Shown: in pieces, positions 31,465 to 42,456 of the stretch
How the letters are laid out: each line of letters opens with the position of its first letter
Numbering within the stretch: position 1 is the first letter of the stretch
NCBI GenBank assembly: GCA_965237525.1
Contig: CBDEFO010000004.1
Span: 128,001 to 192,000 of the forward strand
Reading direction: 5' to 3'
DNA from: Candidatus Latescibacterota bacterium
GTDB lineage: Bacteria > Latescibacterota > CBDEFO01
DNA length: 64,000 bases
Notes under the pieces: generated by a model
Told to the model about the DNA's origin: nothing
What the model saw: only the letters and a program-made list of their open reading frames with translations
The model's database searches: none
Made by a program: the position numbers and the translations under genes

Positions 31465-31718
31465 TCCACCAAGTTTATGAATTAATCGGGTTAGTACAGT
31501 GACAGTTTTGAAATCTTCGGTATCTTTTCACGAGCCAATATCATTAAGTTCAAGTGTCTAAATTAACTATAAGAGTCATTAATGTCAAATATTTTTTCTC
31601 TTGATCTTGTGGCGCTAAGATAATATATTTAGTGGACAACAGGGAAAATGTACATAATCGAGGCTATTGCAGGTTGATCAGGGAACAACAGCACAAGAAC
31701 TACACAAAAGGGTAATCT

Positions 31719-32759
31719 ATGTCTGACAATGGGATAATAGATCTCAGGAGCGACACAGTCACAAAGCCGACAAAGGCGATGAGGGAGGCCATGTACGGAG
31801 CAGAGGTGGGTGACGATGTAATAGACGACGATCCGACCGCCCTTAAGCTCCAGGAGAAAGCGGCACATATTTTGGGTATGCAGGCGGCTCTCTTTGTTTC
31901 CTCAGGGACTATGGGAAACCAAGTCTGCATCAACGTCCTCACAGGGCCTGGTCAGGAGGTTATATGTTCGTCCACGGCTCACATACTGCACGACGAACTT
32001 GCGGGCCTGGCGATAAATTCAGGCGTAAGTGCAGTACCCATAGATTCTCCTTACGGCTACATCACAGCAGAGCAGGTAGAGGAGAAGATCAGACCAGACG
32101 TTTATTATTATTCCAAAACTGGACTGATAGAGATAGAAAACACTATGAATTACCCTGGGGGCAGGGTCTTCCCCCAAGAGGAGGTAGAAAAGATACTAAA
32201 GCTTGCCGAGAAAAGGTCTATCCCCCTGCATCTGGACGGAGCGAGGATATTCAACGCCGCTGTCGCGTCAAAAAGGGACGTTAAAGAGTTGGTGAGGGGG
32301 TTTGACTCCGTCTCTTTTTGCATGTCGAAGGGCTTGGGAGCGCCGATAGGCTCTGTAGTCGCGGGCAGTAAGGATTTTATAGAAGAAGCAAGAAGAGTGA
32401 GATATAGGTTGGGAGGTGGGATGAGACAGGTAGGGATTATGTGCGCTGCGGGGCTGTATTCACTGGAGAACAATGTCCAAAGGCTGGAGGAGGATCACAG
32501 AAATGCCGGACTCCTTGCTGATGGGTTGATGCAGATAAAGGGCATAAGACTGGATCCGGAGAACGTTGAGACGAACATGGTCTATTTGGATCCATCGGGG
32601 ACGGGGCTGTCTGCCGATGAGTTCATGCAAAGGTTAAAGGAAAAAGGAGTCTTGTCTTCGGGTGGCAGCAGACGGATTCGGATGGTGACTCATCTGGATG
32701 TGGATTCTGATGACATAAAAACGACGTTGAAGATCGTTGAGGAGACGCTGTCTAATTAG
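31719..32759 (+). CDS. ltaE: Low-specificity L-threonine aldolase
   Basis: DLRSDTVT, GDDV, SGTMGN, HLDGAR and SKGLGAP motifs. Confidence 0.93.
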   Translation: MSDNGIIDLRSDTVTKPTKAMREAMYGAEVGDDVIDDDPTALKLQEKAAHILGMQAALFVSSGTMGNQVCINVLTGPGQEVICSSTAHILHDELAGLAINSGVSAVPIDSPYGYITAEQVEEKIRPDVYYYSKTGLIEIENTMNYPGGRVFPQEEVEKILKLAEKRSIPLHLDGARIFNAAVASKRDVKELVRGFDSVSFCMSKGLGAPIGSVVAGSKDFIEEARRVRYRLGGGMRQVGIMCAAGLYSLENNVQRLEEDHRNAGLLADGLMQIKGIRLDPENVETNMVYLDPSGTGLSADEFMQRLKEKGVLSSGGSRRIRMVTHLDVDSDDIKTTLKIVEETLSN

Positions 32760-32787
32760 GGCATTGTCGCAAGGAGGCGCATATTTG

Positions 32788-33984
32788 ATGGATCCTGACT
32801 CTATTAATTCATTTATCGATAAAGAAGCTGTCCTCTTGATCCTCAAGGATCTCGTTGCGATCAACAGCGTGAATCCAGATCTGGAAGGCGGGATGGAAAC
32901 GGGCGAGGCGGAGATGGCTCGCTACGTAGCGGACTTTTTTGAGCGGCACGACGTCCCCTACGAAAGACAGGAGGTTATGGGCGGGCGACACAACGTTCTC
33001 GGAACAGTCGAAGGTGAGGATCAGGATCGGACTATACTGTTCGAGGCGCATATGGATACAGCGTCAGTTGCGGACATGACGATAGATCCGTTCAGTCCAG
33101 AGGAAAAGGACGGTCTGCTTTACGGGAGAGGTTCCTGCGACACCAAGGGATCTTTGGGGATGATGCTTCACGCTTTACTGGCAGTCAAAAAGATGCAGGG
33201 AAAACCGCCTACAAACGTTGTCGTGGCAGGCGTAGTGGACGAAGAACTTTATATGCGAGGAGCCATGCACCTGGGCGAATCTGGGTTTCGCGCCCAGGGC
33301 GCAGTCGTGGGAGAGCCGACAGAACTCAGGGTCATTCGGGCGCATAAGGGGGTTATGCGGTGGTGGATTGTCGTCAACGGGAAGGCGGCTCACAGTTCGA
33401 AACCGCACTTAGGAATCAATGCAATCACAAAGATGGCGGCTATTATACAAAATATCCAGGAGAGCATAGTCCCGACTTACGCAGAGATGGATCATTCCTT
33501 AACGGGCGGCCCCACACTGAACATCGGGAAGATCGAAGGCGGAATCCAGGTGAATTTCGTGCCCAACAGGTGTGCCATTTTCCTCGACCGCCGGGTGATA
33601 CCGGGAGAGGATCCACACGAGACTTTGAAACCCTTTGAGGAGCTTTTGGAGGATATGCGCCGAGACGATCCTGATCTGGATGTGACGATGGAGACGCCGC
33701 TATTTGCAGGAGCCGGGATGGAGACCTCGGAATCCGCACCGATTGTCAAGATCTCCCAGGATGCCTGTAAGGCGGTGACGGGCTACGACCGGGCCGAAGG
33801 TGTACCCTACGGAACAGATGCGGCGGCGCTGTCCAAGGCGGACATCCCCTGCGTCGTACTTGGGCCCGGCAGTATAGATCAGGCGCACGGAGCCGTGGAA
33901 TACATTGACATCGGGCACCTGGAAAAGGCGGTGGAGATCTACGCCAGGATTATGCTGGCAGCAGGAGCGTTGCCGAGGGAGTAA
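32788..33984 (+). CDS. M20 ArgE/DapE-family deacylase
   Basis: AHMDT, GRGSCDTKG, DEE, GEPT and GPGSIDQAH motifs. Confidence 0.92.
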   Translation: MDPDSINSFIDKEAVLLILKDLVAINSVNPDLEGGMETGEAEMARYVADFFERHDVPYERQEVMGGRHNVLGTVEGEDQDRTILFEAHMDTASVADMTIDPFSPEEKDGLLYGRGSCDTKGSLGMMLHALLAVKKMQGKPPTNVVVAGVVDEELYMRGAMHLGESGFRAQGAVVGEPTELRVIRAHKGVMRWWIVVNGKAAHSSKPHLGINAITKMAAIIQNIQESIVPTYAEMDHSLTGGPTLNIGKIEGGIQVNFVPNRCAIFLDRRVIPGEDPHETLKPFEELLEDMRRDDPDLDVTMETPLFAGAGMETSESAPIVKISQDACKAVTGYDRAEGVPYGTDAAALSKADIPCVVLGPGSIDQAHGAVEYIDIGHLEKAVEIYARIMLAAGALPRE

Positions 33985-34122
33985 GTGATCAACGCCGGCA
34001 GTTCTCCGGTTGATCCACGATAGATTCAATAGGGGATCGAGGATGGTTCCCATGATTTCCGTCCCCGCCACATTTAATTGGGGATCCTGCACCTCGGCTG
34101 TTAGAACATTACTGGAGGTTAT

Positions 34123-35022
34123 GTGGCCAAATGGGCTTGTGCGTTGAAGTTGAACGCGGATCGAAGCGTCGTTGAAGGAAGTGAGAAGGCACTCGGCGAT
34201 GCGATCCGGCGCGGGGCGGACCTGCGCATCTACACCGAATTTCTTCACAAAGAGCACGTCGACGTGGACTCAGACAGTGACGAACGTGTGCTTGAAGTAG
34301 CTGAATTCGGGGTCACATATCTACTTCAGGATTCCTGGGCGGCGGGAATCATGAGCCTGCGTCAGCCCATTGAACTGCCGGATGGCTTCGGACCACGCCC
34401 GTCGATGTCATTCTTTCTGTATAACCAGAATGGACAGCAGGCGATCGCTCGTCCATATCTCGACGGAGTTCCCGCAAAGGGTCAACTCGGCTCTTCGCCG
34501 CCTGACGCCTCACCGAACATGCCCAAATATTACACAGAGGACAGTTGGGATGAAGGGACCATTGCCCCGAGCAACAACTTCATTTATGACTTTGACGTCT
34601 ATCGCTTCTGCGTCTGTGGCTCTTGGCGTGAGGTATTCTCTCACGACGCCGATGGTGCTGTCAAATCTGGCTCTATCCAAGCTCTTGTCGAGGCATTTTC
34701 AGATGGGTATGAGGTGAAGGTGGGAGTCCGCGGCCTCTGTTCCGATCTGGCGAACGAACCGGCGGCCGCGGTAGATCACGAAGTGTTTGTTCAACTGGGA
34801 TCGTGTTACTACTACACGGATAAAGCATGCTTTATCGGCGGCTCCCATCCGGTCGTTCGCGTAAAACCCGGTAGTCCGTTGCGCTATGCAAGCCGCGGGT
34901 GGGACTTCGGCTGGTTACTGCTTCGCACGGATGGTTACGTGGCGTACAGGCGTTGTGATCCCTACAAGCTCACGTTTCGGGATGTTAAGGAGCGTCACGC
35001 GATCCGCTGGTTTGTCCGTTGA
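34123..35022 (+). CDS. Hypothetical protein with an internal duplication
   Basis: Open 299-codon frame with two similar segments (GSEKALGDAIRRGADLRI / GSIQALVEAFSDGYEVKV). Confidence 0.7.
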   Translation: MAKWACALKLNADRSVVEGSEKALGDAIRRGADLRIYTEFLHKEHVDVDSDSDERVLEVAEFGVTYLLQDSWAAGIMSLRQPIELPDGFGPRPSMSFFLYNQNGQQAIARPYLDGVPAKGQLGSSPPDASPNMPKYYTEDSWDEGTIAPSNNFIYDFDVYRFCVCGSWREVFSHDADGAVKSGSIQALVEAFSDGYEVKVGVRGLCSDLANEPAAAVDHEVFVQLGSCYYYTDKACFIGGSHPVVRVKPGSPLRYASRGWDFGWLLLRTDGYVAYRRCDPYKLTFRDVKERHAIRWFVR

Positions 35023-35131
35023 TGGGAAGTATTGAACTTCGGTAGCCCCCGATAGATTCAATCGGGGGTAGACAGTGGACATTGCTGAGGAATCGACAGA
35101 CCATTGCAAAGAACGTGAAAGGACAATTCTT

Positions 35132-36409
35132 ATGGCAATGGATACACTTTCAACAGAGTTATTTGATGAAATAGCTAAAATCTCCTGTGTTAATTCTCAT
35201 TCACATATCATGCCTGAAAAAGAGAGATTGGCAGAAGCCCCAGATGCCCTTGCCTTCTTCAGACATGCCTACGCTCGATCCGATCTGGTCTCCGCGGGGA
35301 TGTCCGAAGGCCAGATCGGGACTGCGTTAACGCTGGGACTTCCGCTTGAAGAACGCTTTCAAATCTTCGAGCCGTACTGGAGATGGACGCGTCTGACGGG
35401 CTTTTCGCAGTGCATAATCGAAGGGTTCCGGGATCTGCTCGGATTTCCGGAGTTGACAAAGGAGACAGTTGAACCGATCTCAGAGGCACTATCCCAGTAT
35501 AGCAAACCGGGATTCTACCGCGATGTGCTGAAAAAGCGGTCGAATATCGAGATCTCGGTGCTGAACATGGGAGATCTAATCGAAGTCGATCCAGAACTGT
35601 TCCTGCCGCTTCCACGCTTGAACCGCTTCAGTATGCTCGGATCTGCCTCCCAAATTCAGGAAATCGAACGGGATTACGACTTAAGCATCACAAACCTGGA
35701 CGAACATATCGAGGCCATTCGAGGAGTGTGCCGTGGATGGAAAGAGGCAAAGGCTGCAGGTGTCAAGATGTCTCAATCCTACCATAGGCGTATGGACTTC
35801 AAACAGCGACAGAAAGAGGATGCGGCGAAGATCTTCGATGGGCTGATGAGAGGGAATTATGCTGGATTAGATTCAGAAGAAGGTGTTCTATTAGAGGACT
35901 ATCTCGTTTTCGAGTGCTGCCGCGCTGCCTCTGACGCCGATCTGACGATACAATTTCATCAAGGCATACGTGCCGGAAATTACGGAAGTATGGACGGTTG
36001 CAGTCCAGCTGCACTTGCCGAACTGATGCAGACATTTCGGGAAGCCCGCTTCGACCTTTCGCACTCAGGCTATCCTTATCTGCGCGAAGGCGCCGTATTA
36101 GGCAAGGCTTTCAGCAACGTCTATCTGAATATGTCTTGGATCCACATCATCTCCCCGATAGGTTCGCGGACAGATCTCAAGGAGTGGCTGCGCATGGTGC
36201 CTTATAACAAGATAATCGCCTACGGTGACGATCTCCAGTACGTCGAGACGGTCTATGGGCATATAAAGATGGCCCGTCAGAATTTCGCAATCGCGCTTGC
36301 CGAGATGATCGAGGAGGGGTTTATTTCAGAATCCATCGCACTTGACGTAGCACAGGCGGTCTTCCACGACAATCCAGCCAAGATTTATGGGCTGAAAAGT
36401 ATACAGTAG
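35132..36409 (+). CDS. Amidohydrolase family protein (UxaC-like)
   Basis: NSHSH, QFHQG, HSGYP and NKIIAYGDD motifs. Confidence 0.8.
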   Translation: MAMDTLSTELFDEIAKISCVNSHSHIMPEKERLAEAPDALAFFRHAYARSDLVSAGMSEGQIGTALTLGLPLEERFQIFEPYWRWTRLTGFSQCIIEGFRDLLGFPELTKETVEPISEALSQYSKPGFYRDVLKKRSNIEISVLNMGDLIEVDPELFLPLPRLNRFSMLGSASQIQEIERDYDLSITNLDEHIEAIRGVCRGWKEAKAAGVKMSQSYHRRMDFKQRQKEDAAKIFDGLMRGNYAGLDSEEGVLLEDYLVFECCRAASDADLTIQFHQGIRAGNYGSMDGCSPAALAELMQTFREARFDLSHSGYPYLREGAVLGKAFSNVYLNMSWIHIISPIGSRTDLKEWLRMVPYNKIIAYGDDLQYVETVYGHIKMARQNFAIALAEMIEEGFISESIALDVAQAVFHDNPAKIYGLKSIQ

Positions 36410-36469
36410 GGCGTAGGCTAAGGCTAAGGGAAAGGCAAGTGGACAGTTCCGTTGCCTTAGCCTGTCTAC
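36406..36469. terminator. Inverted repeat between convergent genes
   Basis: AGGCTAAGGC ... GCCTTAGCCT flanked by GTAG/CTAC. Confidence 0.45.
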
Positions 36470-37552
36470 TTGTTTGTTGCCTCGCCCATCAGCTTTGAAC
36501 GGAGTTCATAAACATCCAAGCGCTTCTCTGTCCGCGCCGATTCGTTGCAGGCCTCCATCAATATCCATGTGTTCAGCGTGCTGTTCTGCAGCCAATCGCG
36601 GTCAGTTCCATCTTCAATAGCTTTTGCAAAGGCGTCAAACTGCAGGCGGTCATCCTCGATAAGACCTGGATGGAGGTCCTGCAGTGTGAGATCCTCCACG
36701 CATTCCCCCTTGCGATAGAGCTGGAGATTGCCCCCGTTCCGTATCAGATCCCCCTCCTCACCGTGCATCGTACATGAGCCGCTCCAACTGTAGGGACCGG
36801 CGTGAGCAGCCCGTGTCCCGCAGTAGGTCACAATAGCACCGTTGTCGTATTCAAAAAGTGTGTTGCCACCTGCTGTGCCCTCTATGCCAGTTTGAGCTAT
36901 CTCGGTATCCTGGCGGAGATGATAGCGCGCAGTGACATAGCGCGGCAGACCTGTAGCCGCGACGAGCTGGTCTAACTGGTGACTGGAACCGGAGTGGAAG
37001 AAGAGACCCGGAACGTAAGCGTCGGGCTGTTTCGACTCGGGTCCCGTCCAGAGGTTCTGGCGTATCCAGAAGCGAACCTCACCTGCGATGAGCCGCCCGA
37101 TGCCTCCGGGTTCCTTAAGCCACTTTCGCATTTTAGCCGCCGCCGGATTCCACCGAATATTCTGCCTCTGGACCAACATCAGATCGGAATGCATCCTGTG
37201 AGCTTCGATGATCGAGCGAAATTCATCCTGATTACAGGCGATAGGCTTAACGCAGAGCGTATGCATCCCGGAGCTCAGGCTCTCAACAATAAGCTCGGCG
37301 TGGGAGGTCGTAGAGGCGTATACTAAGCACACCTCCGCTGGATGCTCTTTGCAGGCCTCTGAAATACTGGTGTAGAGCCGGTCTTCAAGCCCTGGAGGGA
37401 CATTTCCCTCAAGCTTCTTGATCCCTTTCTTTGGACGCCTCTGTATTGATGTCCACTAACGCCACAGGCTCCAGACCTTTGGAGTTGATCAGCGCTTGAA
37501 GGCGCCCGAATGCAAAGTGCGTGCATCCAACATGAATGGTGGGGAGTGGCAT
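36466..37552 (-). pseudogene. Gfo/Idh/MocA oxidoreductase, frameshifted at the N-terminus
   Basis: MPLPTIHVG...VALVDI in one frame; H.L.VKPIA and H.LD in the main ORF. Confidence 0.65.
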
Positions 37553-37784
37553 ACTTTACCCTCCTGAAATTAAGTGAAAGATGTTGCATCCTTTATAGCC
37601 CCGTGAAGACTCCAGATACAAGACAATCTAGCTAAACCCCAGGGGTAACTCAAGGGTTTTCATCGGCAATTCACCCTTGACAACGGTCAGTTGATCGGAG
37701 TCTGGGGAAAAGGCTTATGGAGCATCGCCTAAGAAGATATCTTAAATCTCAAAAAGCCCCGTTACCGAGCAACAGGTTTTTGTC

Positions 37785-37813
37785 TTGACTTTCTTGTGTC
37801 TTTTTTGTATTAT
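37785..37813 (+). promoter_or_regulatory. Sigma70-like promoter
   Basis: TTGACT-N17-TATTAT. Confidence 0.55.
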
Positions 37814-37939
37814 CTTTATAAGAGTTGTAACCGTAAGTTTTGGTTGCGTAAAAACTTGTGGGTATAGCCGGGACATGCGTTTTGCGATATGAGCAAAACC
37901 GGATAGTAGATCAGGGTTTGCTCATATCTATGCTTATCT

Positions 37940-39337
37940 TTGTTAATAGGGAGGGATTCAAAGATGGCAGATGAACTGTTGCGGGGCGGCAGCAGGCAGG
38001 CGTCGGTATATACATATGGATTCTTTATCCTAATCATTATAGTCGTTTTCTCCTTTATAGCGTTCAAAGGAAAAAACGACAATGTAGAGGAGCTAGGTGA
38101 AAGGTCAGAACGACCTGCTGAAGAGCAGGAGACTCTCTACGTATCTTTCTCCGATACATTGAACAAGGGAGAATCTATCTATCTTTCACTTAAGAGAGGA
38201 GGGGTATCCGACAGGGCTACCCTGGAGTTGACAAACTCCCTGCAGAGCGTGATGAACCTAAAAAGATCTCTCCTTGGGGACAGCTACTTTGTGAACTTAG
38301 ACTCGACGGGCGCGATCGAAAGGTTTGAATATACGCCGGGAATAGAGGAGACCATTATCGCGGAGAGGCTCGAAGGCAAGTTGATCTCGCGCAAGGAGCA
38401 TATGCCCCTGGATAGAAGCATAAGGGCAACAGGGGGCATGATAGAGGATAATCTCTACAGTGCGATAGTTGACCTTGAAGGTCGTAAAGCCGGGATCTTG
38501 GTCGAAAGGTTAGCAGAAGAGATATTCGGATGGGACATAGATTTTTCGTCCGACCCCAGGCCCGGTGACAGATTCGGGATGGTGTTCGAGGAATACTTCA
38601 GGGACGGACAGTTTATAAGATATGGGATTATATTATCCGCCGAGTATCGAAGCAGGAAAAAGATCCACAGGGCTGTCTATTACGAAGACCCACAGGGAAA
38701 TAGAGGATATTACAATCCGGACGGTTCAGCCAAAAGGAAGATGTTTCTCAAACTGCCCTTAGAGTACTTCAAGAGGGTCAGTTCGGGATACACTCACAGG
38801 AGATTCCATCCCATCTTAAAGAGGTATCTTCCCCACTTCGGGATAGACTACGCCGCTTCTGTGGGAACACCTATAAGAGCAACAGCTGACGGAGTAATCA
38901 GCTACAAGGGCTGGAAAGGTCCCAACGGGAGGCTGATCAAGATCAAACACAAAAGAGGCTACGAGTCGTCCTACGGTCATATATACCGTTATCATAAGGG
39001 AATCAAAAAAGGCAAAAAAGTCAAGCAGGGACAGGTCATAGGTTATGTGGGTTCTTCGGGCAGGTCCACAGGTCCCCATCTGGACTATCGGCTCAAAAAG
39101 AACGGAGAGTTCATAAATCCCCAAAAGGAAAACATCCTCACAGCAGATCCTGTTGGGAAAGAATACGTAAGTAATTTCCTAGCGGTCAAAGATGAGATGA
39201 TAGGCAAGCTGGACGAAGTCTGGGAGGAGAAGGAACAGATTGCGCAAGTTGCTCAAAAGGATTCGACCGACGAAGCACTGGCAATCCAAAAAGATGGAAA
39301 ACCTTCTCTCTTTCGCATAATCTACAACCTTTTTTGA
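37940..39337 (+). CDS. M23 peptidoglycan DD-endopeptidase (MepM-like)
   Basis: N-terminal TM segment; HFGIDY, YGH and GRSTGPHLDY motifs. Confidence 0.92.
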   Translation: MLIGRDSKMADELLRGGSRQASVYTYGFFILIIIVVFSFIAFKGKNDNVEELGERSERPAEEQETLYVSFSDTLNKGESIYLSLKRGGVSDRATLELTNSLQSVMNLKRSLLGDSYFVNLDSTGAIERFEYTPGIEETIIAERLEGKLISRKEHMPLDRSIRATGGMIEDNLYSAIVDLEGRKAGILVERLAEEIFGWDIDFSSDPRPGDRFGMVFEEYFRDGQFIRYGIILSAEYRSRKKIHRAVYYEDPQGNRGYYNPDGSAKRKMFLKLPLEYFKRVSSGYTHRRFHPILKRYLPHFGIDYAASVGTPIRATADGVISYKGWKGPNGRLIKIKHKRGYESSYGHIYRYHKGIKKGKKVKQGQVIGYVGSSGRSTGPHLDYRLKKNGEFINPQKENILTADPVGKEYVSNFLAVKDEMIGKLDEVWEEKEQIAQVAQKDSTDEALAIQKDGKPSLFRIIYNLF

Positions 39338-39370
39338 AGTTTTCGGTAAACTCAGAAGGCCGGAGCTACT

Positions 39371-39754
39371 ATGGACTCAAACGAAGAGTTTGTAGAGAAA
39401 ATCGAAAAAGTAGCCAAGAAGCTCAATAAATATAAAAAAGAAGCCTATTTTTTCCTCTTTGCTGCCCTTGATCACACGGTCAATACGGTTGGCGAAAAGC
39501 GGCACGTCACAGGAGAGGAGCTTTCAAAGGGGATAAGCCAGTACGGCTTGATGCAGTATGGCCCTATGACCAAATCGGTCTTTGAGCACTGGGGGATTAC
39601 CAGAACAGAGGACTTCGGGGAGATGGTCTTTGCGCTTGTGGATTCCCAGTTGATGGGCAAGACGCAAGAGGACAGTATAGAGGACTTCAAGGATGTCTAC
39701 GATTTCGACGAGGAGCTCGATTGGAAGAAAAGAAAGAAGGGGTTCACTGGATGA
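39371..39754 (+). CDS. Conserved hypothetical protein (Minf_1886-like)
   Basis: EAY.F, RHVTG.EL, WGI..TEDFGE.VF.LV and DSIEDF motifs. Confidence 0.75.
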   Translation: MDSNEEFVEKIEKVAKKLNKYKKEAYFFLFAALDHTVNTVGEKRHVTGEELSKGISQYGLMQYGPMTKSVFEHWGITRTEDFGEMVFALVDSQLMGKTQEDSIEDFKDVYDFDEELDWKKRKKGFTG

Positions 39755-40920
39755 AAATAGCCTATTTGGACTGCTTTTCCGGTATAAGTGGGGATATGAT
39801 ATTAGGGGCTATGGTGGACACGGGACTTAAGATAGATGAACTATCTGATGAACTTTCAAAACTAAAAATAACGGGCTTCAGCCTGGAGAGCAAAAGGGTC
39901 GTAAGGGGACCGATAGCTGCGACTAAGCTGAACGTCATAGCAGAAGATACGAATCTTCACCGTCATCTACCCGATATAGTACATATTATAGATAGGAGTT
40001 CCATATCTCCTACCGCCAAGCAGAGGGCTCGGAAGATCTTTGAAAGACTGGCTGAGGCTGAGGCTAAGGTTCACGGAACTACTCCTGACAAGATTCACTT
40101 CCACGAGGTGGGGGGGCTGGACGCTATTGTGGATATTGTAGGGACTGCGGTGGGTCTGGAGCTTATGGGAATTGAGAAAATCTATTCTTCAGCTCTCAGA
40201 TTCGGATCAGGGTTTGCAGAATCGGCTCACGGAGTAATCCCCATCCCTGCGCCTGCTGTACTGGAACTATGTAAGGGGGTTCCTTCAGAGAGAACTGATG
40301 TAAAGGCGGAGTTGGTTACACCTACAGGAGCGGCGATTCTGACCTCCCTTTCTTCAGGCTTCGGGACGTCTCCCAAGTTCAGAACCGAGTCAATCGGATA
40401 CGGCGCAGGAGGAAGAGACCTCCAAGAGATGCCGAACGTGTTGAGGCTTCAGATAGGCCAGACAGTTGGTGAGTTCCAGCAGGACTATTCAATTGTAGTG
40501 GAAACAAATATAGATGATATGACTTCAGAGATATACGGCTACATACTCGACAGGATGATAGAATCGGGCGCAAAGGATGCCTATCTTTCTCCTGTGGTTA
40601 TGAAAAAGGGCCGCCCGGGGATAGTTTTGAGCGTCCTTTGTGATGACGATCACAAAGATTCGATAATTGAGACTATCCTGAACGAAACCACGACTATCGG
40701 GGTGAGAACATACAGAGTCGATAGGGTGATGTTAGAAAGGGAGTCGGGGTCCCTGGATACGGCTTTGGGACCTGTCAAGGTCAAGATCGCCCACCTGAAC
40801 GGATCCAGAAGGATCACTCCTGAGTTCGACGACTGTGCGCGTATAGCAAGAGAAAGAGAAATCCCAATACTTGAGGTCTATGCTGCTGTGCAGAAAGCAA
40901 CAGGAAACAAGCATAAGTAG
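39751..40920 (+). CDS. larC: Nickel pincer cofactor biosynthesis protein LarC
   Basis: DCFSGISGDM, IHFHEVG, TPTGAA and MKKGRPG motifs. Confidence 0.93.
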   Translation: MKIAYLDCFSGISGDMILGAMVDTGLKIDELSDELSKLKITGFSLESKRVVRGPIAATKLNVIAEDTNLHRHLPDIVHIIDRSSISPTAKQRARKIFERLAEAEAKVHGTTPDKIHFHEVGGLDAIVDIVGTAVGLELMGIEKIYSSALRFGSGFAESAHGVIPIPAPAVLELCKGVPSERTDVKAELVTPTGAAILTSLSSGFGTSPKFRTESIGYGAGGRDLQEMPNVLRLQIGQTVGEFQQDYSIVVETNIDDMTSEIYGYILDRMIESGAKDAYLSPVVMKKGRPGIVLSVLCDDDHKDSIIETILNETTTIGVRTYRVDRVMLERESGSLDTALGPVKVKIAHLNGSRRITPEFDDCARIAREREIPILEVYAAVQKATGNKHK

Positions 40921-40988
40921 ACAGCAAACAGTAACAGCATATAGGGTGGAGAGCTGGTGTCCCTGTCTACTGTCTACTCTTCTAAGAG

Positions 40989-41879
40989 GTGTCGCAAATG
41001 GAAACAGGAACGTTAAAACTGAAAGTGGGCTTGGCGGAGATGTTGAAGGGCGGTGTGATAATGGATGTGACTAATGCTGAACAGGCAAAAATAGCCGAGG
41101 ACGCTGGGGCTGTATCTGTTATGGCACTGGAAAGGGTACCCGCCGACATCAGATCAGAAGGCGGAGTCGCAAGGATGGCAAATATCAGCAAAATCAGGGA
41201 GATTATGGACATTGTCTCTATCCCTGTGATGGCTAAGGTCAGAATAGGTCACTTTGTGGAGGCGCAGATATTAGAGGCGCTGGGAGTTGACTTCATAGAC
41301 GAAAGCGAAGTCTTAACTCCCGCCGATGAGAACTTTCACGTAGATAAGTTCGCCTTCAATGTACCCTTCGTCTGCGGGGCAAGGGACCTGGGAGAGGCGC
41401 TGAGGAGAATCGGTGAAGGAGCAGCGCTGATACGGACCAAGGGGGAAGCAGGTTCAGGAAACATCGTGGAAGCCGTCCGCCATATGCGCAAGGTTATGGG
41501 ACATATCTCCAAACTAACTTCTATGAGGACAGACGAGTTGATGACAGAGTCAAAGGAGTTGGGAGCACCTTACTCTCTGGTCAAGATGGTAGCGGAAACA
41601 GGCAAGCTCCTCGTTCCCAACTTCGCGGCGGGCGGAGTCGCCACTCCCGCCGACGCTTCCCTTATGATGCAGTTAGGAGCAGAATCCGTCTTTGTGGGAT
41701 CAGGGGTATTCAAGTCCGAAGATCCCCCGCTGAGAGCAAAGGCCATAGTGGAAGCAGTAACCCACTACGACGATCCTGAAGTCTTAGTTAGAATCTCCGA
41801 ATATTTAGGAGAGGCTATGGTCGGGATAGAGATGTCTAGTCTATCAGAGGAGGAACTGTTCCAAAGCAGAGGGGTCTGA
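40989..41879 (+). CDS. pdxS: PLP synthase lyase subunit
   Basis: [18 protein letters not shown] and [11 protein letters not shown] motifs. Confidence 0.97.
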   Translation: MSQMETGTLKLKVGLAEMLKGGVIMDVTNAEQAKIAEDAGAVSVMALERVPADIRSEGGVARMANISKIREIMDIVSIPVMAKVRIGHFVEAQILEALGVDFIDESEVLTPADENFHVDKFAFNVPFVCGARDLGEALRRIGEGAALIRTKGEAGSGNIVEAVRHMRKVMGHISKLTSMRTDELMTESKELGAPYSLVKMVAETGKLLVPNFAAGGVATPADASLMMQLGAESVFVGSGVFKSEDPPLRAKAIVEAVTHYDDPEVLVRISEYLGEAMVGIEMSSLSEEELFQSRGV

Positions 41880-41881
41880 AG

Positions 41882-42445
41882 ATGATAGGAATTCTGGGGC
41901 TTCAGGGGGATTTTGACGCTCACAAAGGGACGTTGACGCGGCTCGGGGAAGATTCCTGTATAGTTAAGAGACCCCAGGGCTTGTCAAAAGTCGAAGGACT
42001 TATCATCCCCGGCGGAGAAAGCACAACCCTCTTAAAGCTTATGGAGGAGTATGCGTTTGTCCCCGCACTCCGAGACTTCCACAGTGGAGGAAAACCTATC
42101 TTTGGAACCTGCGCAGGACTGATATTGGTAGCAACGGAGGTTTTAAATCCCTCTCAATTCTCTTTGGGCTTTATAGACGTAAAAGTTGAGAGAAATGCCT
42201 ATGGCCGTCAGAGGGAAAGCTTTAGAAGCACGGGGAAGGTGAATCTTTCCTCTGAGTCTCAGGAGATAGACATGGTCTTCATCCGCGCTCCCAGGATAAT
42301 CAGTCTGGGCGATGGTGCCGAGTCCATAGGGACGCTCGGCTGCGAGTGCGTTATGGCAAGGCAGAAAAATGTCCTGGTATCGTCGTTTCATCCTGAACTT
42401 ACAGATGATACGAGGGTACATAGATACTTCTTGGACATGATCTAG
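41882..42445 (+). CDS. pdxT: PLP synthase glutaminase subunit
   Basis: PGGEST, GTCAG and FHPE motifs. Confidence 0.96.
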   Translation: MIGILGLQGDFDAHKGTLTRLGEDSCIVKRPQGLSKVEGLIIPGGESTTLLKLMEEYAFVPALRDFHSGGKPIFGTCAGLILVATEVLNPSQFSLGFIDVKVERNAYGRQRESFRSTGKVNLSSESQEIDMVFIRAPRIISLGDGAESIGTLGCECVMARQKNVLVSSFHPELTDDTRVHRYFLDMI

Positions 42446-42456
42446 GTTCAAGTTTT

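Noticed and set aside
36153..36173. CCCCGATAGGTTCGCGG as another element copy
   Set aside because: Only the left half matches, and it encodes the family-typical IISP motif
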